Assembly: GCA_032718475.1 (NCBI GenBank)
Contig: JAUCBJ010007414.1
Coordinates: 1-60,724 of the forward strand
DNA length: 60,724 nt
Reading direction: 5' to 3'
Source of the DNA: Nemertoderma westbladi
Lineage: Eukaryota > Animalia > Xenacoelomorpha
Part shown: one piece after another, positions 58,828-60,724 of the stretch
Position numbering within the stretch: the first letter of the stretch is position 1
How the letters are laid out: the number at the start of each line of letters is the position of its first letter
Made by a program: the position numbers and the translations under genes
Notes under the pieces: model-generated
Told to the model about the DNA's origin: nothing
The model's database searches: none
Seen by the model: the letters and a program-made list of their open reading frames with translations, nothing else

Positions 58828-59998
58828 TGTTCGCGCTTTTAGACCTTTTAGCAGCTAACCTGCCAATTTAAATGTACTTTTAATTATAAATCGACTTTTG
58901 CCCTTACCAATTTGCTGAATAGTACTGAATTTACATCCGCCGAAGCCAGTCCGTGCGCGGCGTATGACCCACTGTGTGGGAGACTGGAGTCGGGTCCAGA
59001 GAAAGTTTATTGCGGTCTAGGCTACTTTGTATTATTCGATTGATCGCTACTATATAATTTCCGACAACTATATTTACTTTCGGGAAATATTAACAGTTCC
59101 TTTAGGACGTGGCGCTTTAAGTATAAAAACAGAGTTATGACTTACACTAATCACAACTAGATGGCTATAGAATCTCGTAAATAGCGCATTCTTCAGGAGA
59201 TGCTTTATTAACCTTCACACTACTTCACACGACTTCACACTACTTCACACTAAGTCACACTAATTTGCCGACCGTCACTGACTTTGATCATATATAAGGA
59301 GGATTGCTACTGACACACGTAGGGATTATGAAATAGCATTTAATTCACACAAAAACCACTATAATTTGAGTCGCAGTTGCTACCGGTAGACCCTTCTGCT
59401 TACCTCAGTAATTAAGAAAGTTGAGGGGTTTACGATTATTTATCGGTATTCTCCAAATATAACATCCATTAACCCTCCAGTTATCTTGCTGTCGTGAAGG
59501 GGTTAATATAAACAGCAATTAACAACAATATAAAACAGCATTAAAACAGTGCGGTGAACAGTCAGTATGTGTTCATGAAGTTCAGTATGATAAGGTGCGG
59601 TTTGTATGTTCGATGCAATGTGCAGTAAGGTTTGATGAGTTAATAGATTTATGTTCTTATAACTCCAGCCATCAGATGTTCTTGGGCCAAAGTCTGAAAC
59701 GTCTGTACTTAGTACTGTACTGAATCCAGAAAGGAATCGGATTCTCAGAAAAACTATAACTGCGCATGCGCCAATTTCCACAGGTAGGTCTCTATTGGCA
59801 TAACTGGGAAGATTGCTCTGATTGGCTGAAATATGCCCAAACAAAGGAACCTCCACGTACACAAAGAATCAGCTGACAGATTTCGTCATCTTGGTTCTAA
59901 TTTCTGACCGACGCATAGTTGAACAATTTTAGGCCTTTTTAGAGTATTCAGCGCATTGCGTAAAAATGACTTGTTATGTCCGCAAAAGCTTTTTTGCA
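58828..59998 (-). mobile_element. LTR of a related BEL family (solo or orphan)
   Basis: Ends match the 39351 LTR (AAAAGCTTTTGCGGA; TGGCAGGTTA..CTGCTAAA..AAAAGCGCG.ACA); similar length; collinear conserved blocks; no TSD. Confidence 0.85.
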
Positions 59999-60592
59999 CC
60001 CAGTTACCAATTTCAATCTCCGGTTACCAATTTCAGTACTTGGTTACGAATTTCTGTTTCAGGTTACAAATTGTCACCCAGTTCGTGCACCCAATTACAA
60101 ATCTCAGTCCACGGTTACTAATTTCAGTATTTGGTTACCGAATTTCCAGAAAAGTATACTTCACCCGTATTTACGATTACGACCACAAGAGTCCACAAGA
60201 TACCGAACCACTGCAACACAACTAAGCAGGTATCACTTGTTTCTAGTGTTTACTCTAATTGCATTTCCCTGTGTTTTCAAAATGTGTATAAACTGGTAAA
60301 ATATATAGCAGGAGGTATTAAATTGTGAAAGAGTTAAAATTGAAAATGTATTAATTTATGAAATTGCGTTCAATGTAAAGGACGGTAATAACGAAATTGA
60401 CAAAGGGAAATAAAAAGACAAAGTCACAATCACAATTTTAGTTGTATCCTATTATTGCTCTTTTATGCAGTTAATACGAGAGATATTTCTCGAAATATTT
60501 ACTATTAAAAGTAAACTTTATAATAAAAAATTAATAAAATGGGAAATTTCCGGAAAAATGTAAAGAAAAAATGTCCTAATATTTCCTCATAG

Positions 60593-60724
60593 GAACTGAT
60601 CTAGGGGTCTTAACCTCGAATGATAAGTTTATTTAACCGAGTATGTACGCATGTGATGGGATTAGTCCTACAATTGCGCTAATGAAAGATAAGTTATTTG
60701 GGTTAAGACCCCCTAGAACAGTTC
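60593..60724. repeat. Short inverted-repeat element at the window end
   Basis: GAACTGATCTAGGGGTCTTAACC ... GGTTAAGACCCCCTAGAACAGTTC. Confidence 0.65.

Noticed and set aside
58823-60003. TSD proving a clean solo LTR
   Set aside because: Flanks GCTGG and CCCAG are not direct repeats, and the right end abuts another repeat.

Overview
AT-rich, repeat-dense eukaryotic DNA, most likely a marine invertebrate (inferred from spliceosomal introns and the TE spectrum). Three host genes are supported: the last two exons of a divergent actin (14397-15600), an intact intronless 998-aa WAPL cohesin-release factor homologue (24123-27119), and an intronless GPI-anchored 10-Cys Ly6/uPAR-like protein (37698-38375, minus). 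The rest is mostly mobile DNA: RTE, CR1/L2 and CRE LINE remnants, a decayed Gypsy, Helitron-like elements, nested TIR elements, and a young full-length 13.9-kb BEL/Pao LTR retrotransposon (39351-53232, 1182-bp LTRs, GATTT TSD). Best leads: (1) the BEL element has no tRNA PBS but an 11-nt site exactly complementary to a sequence inside its own LTR, the geometry of Tf1-type self-priming; (2) it carries an intact extra zinc-knuckle/NLS ORF in the env position; (3) the intronless WAPL has four clustered (D/E)HxY HCF-1-binding-type motifs. All calls come from reading by eye; no database searches were run.
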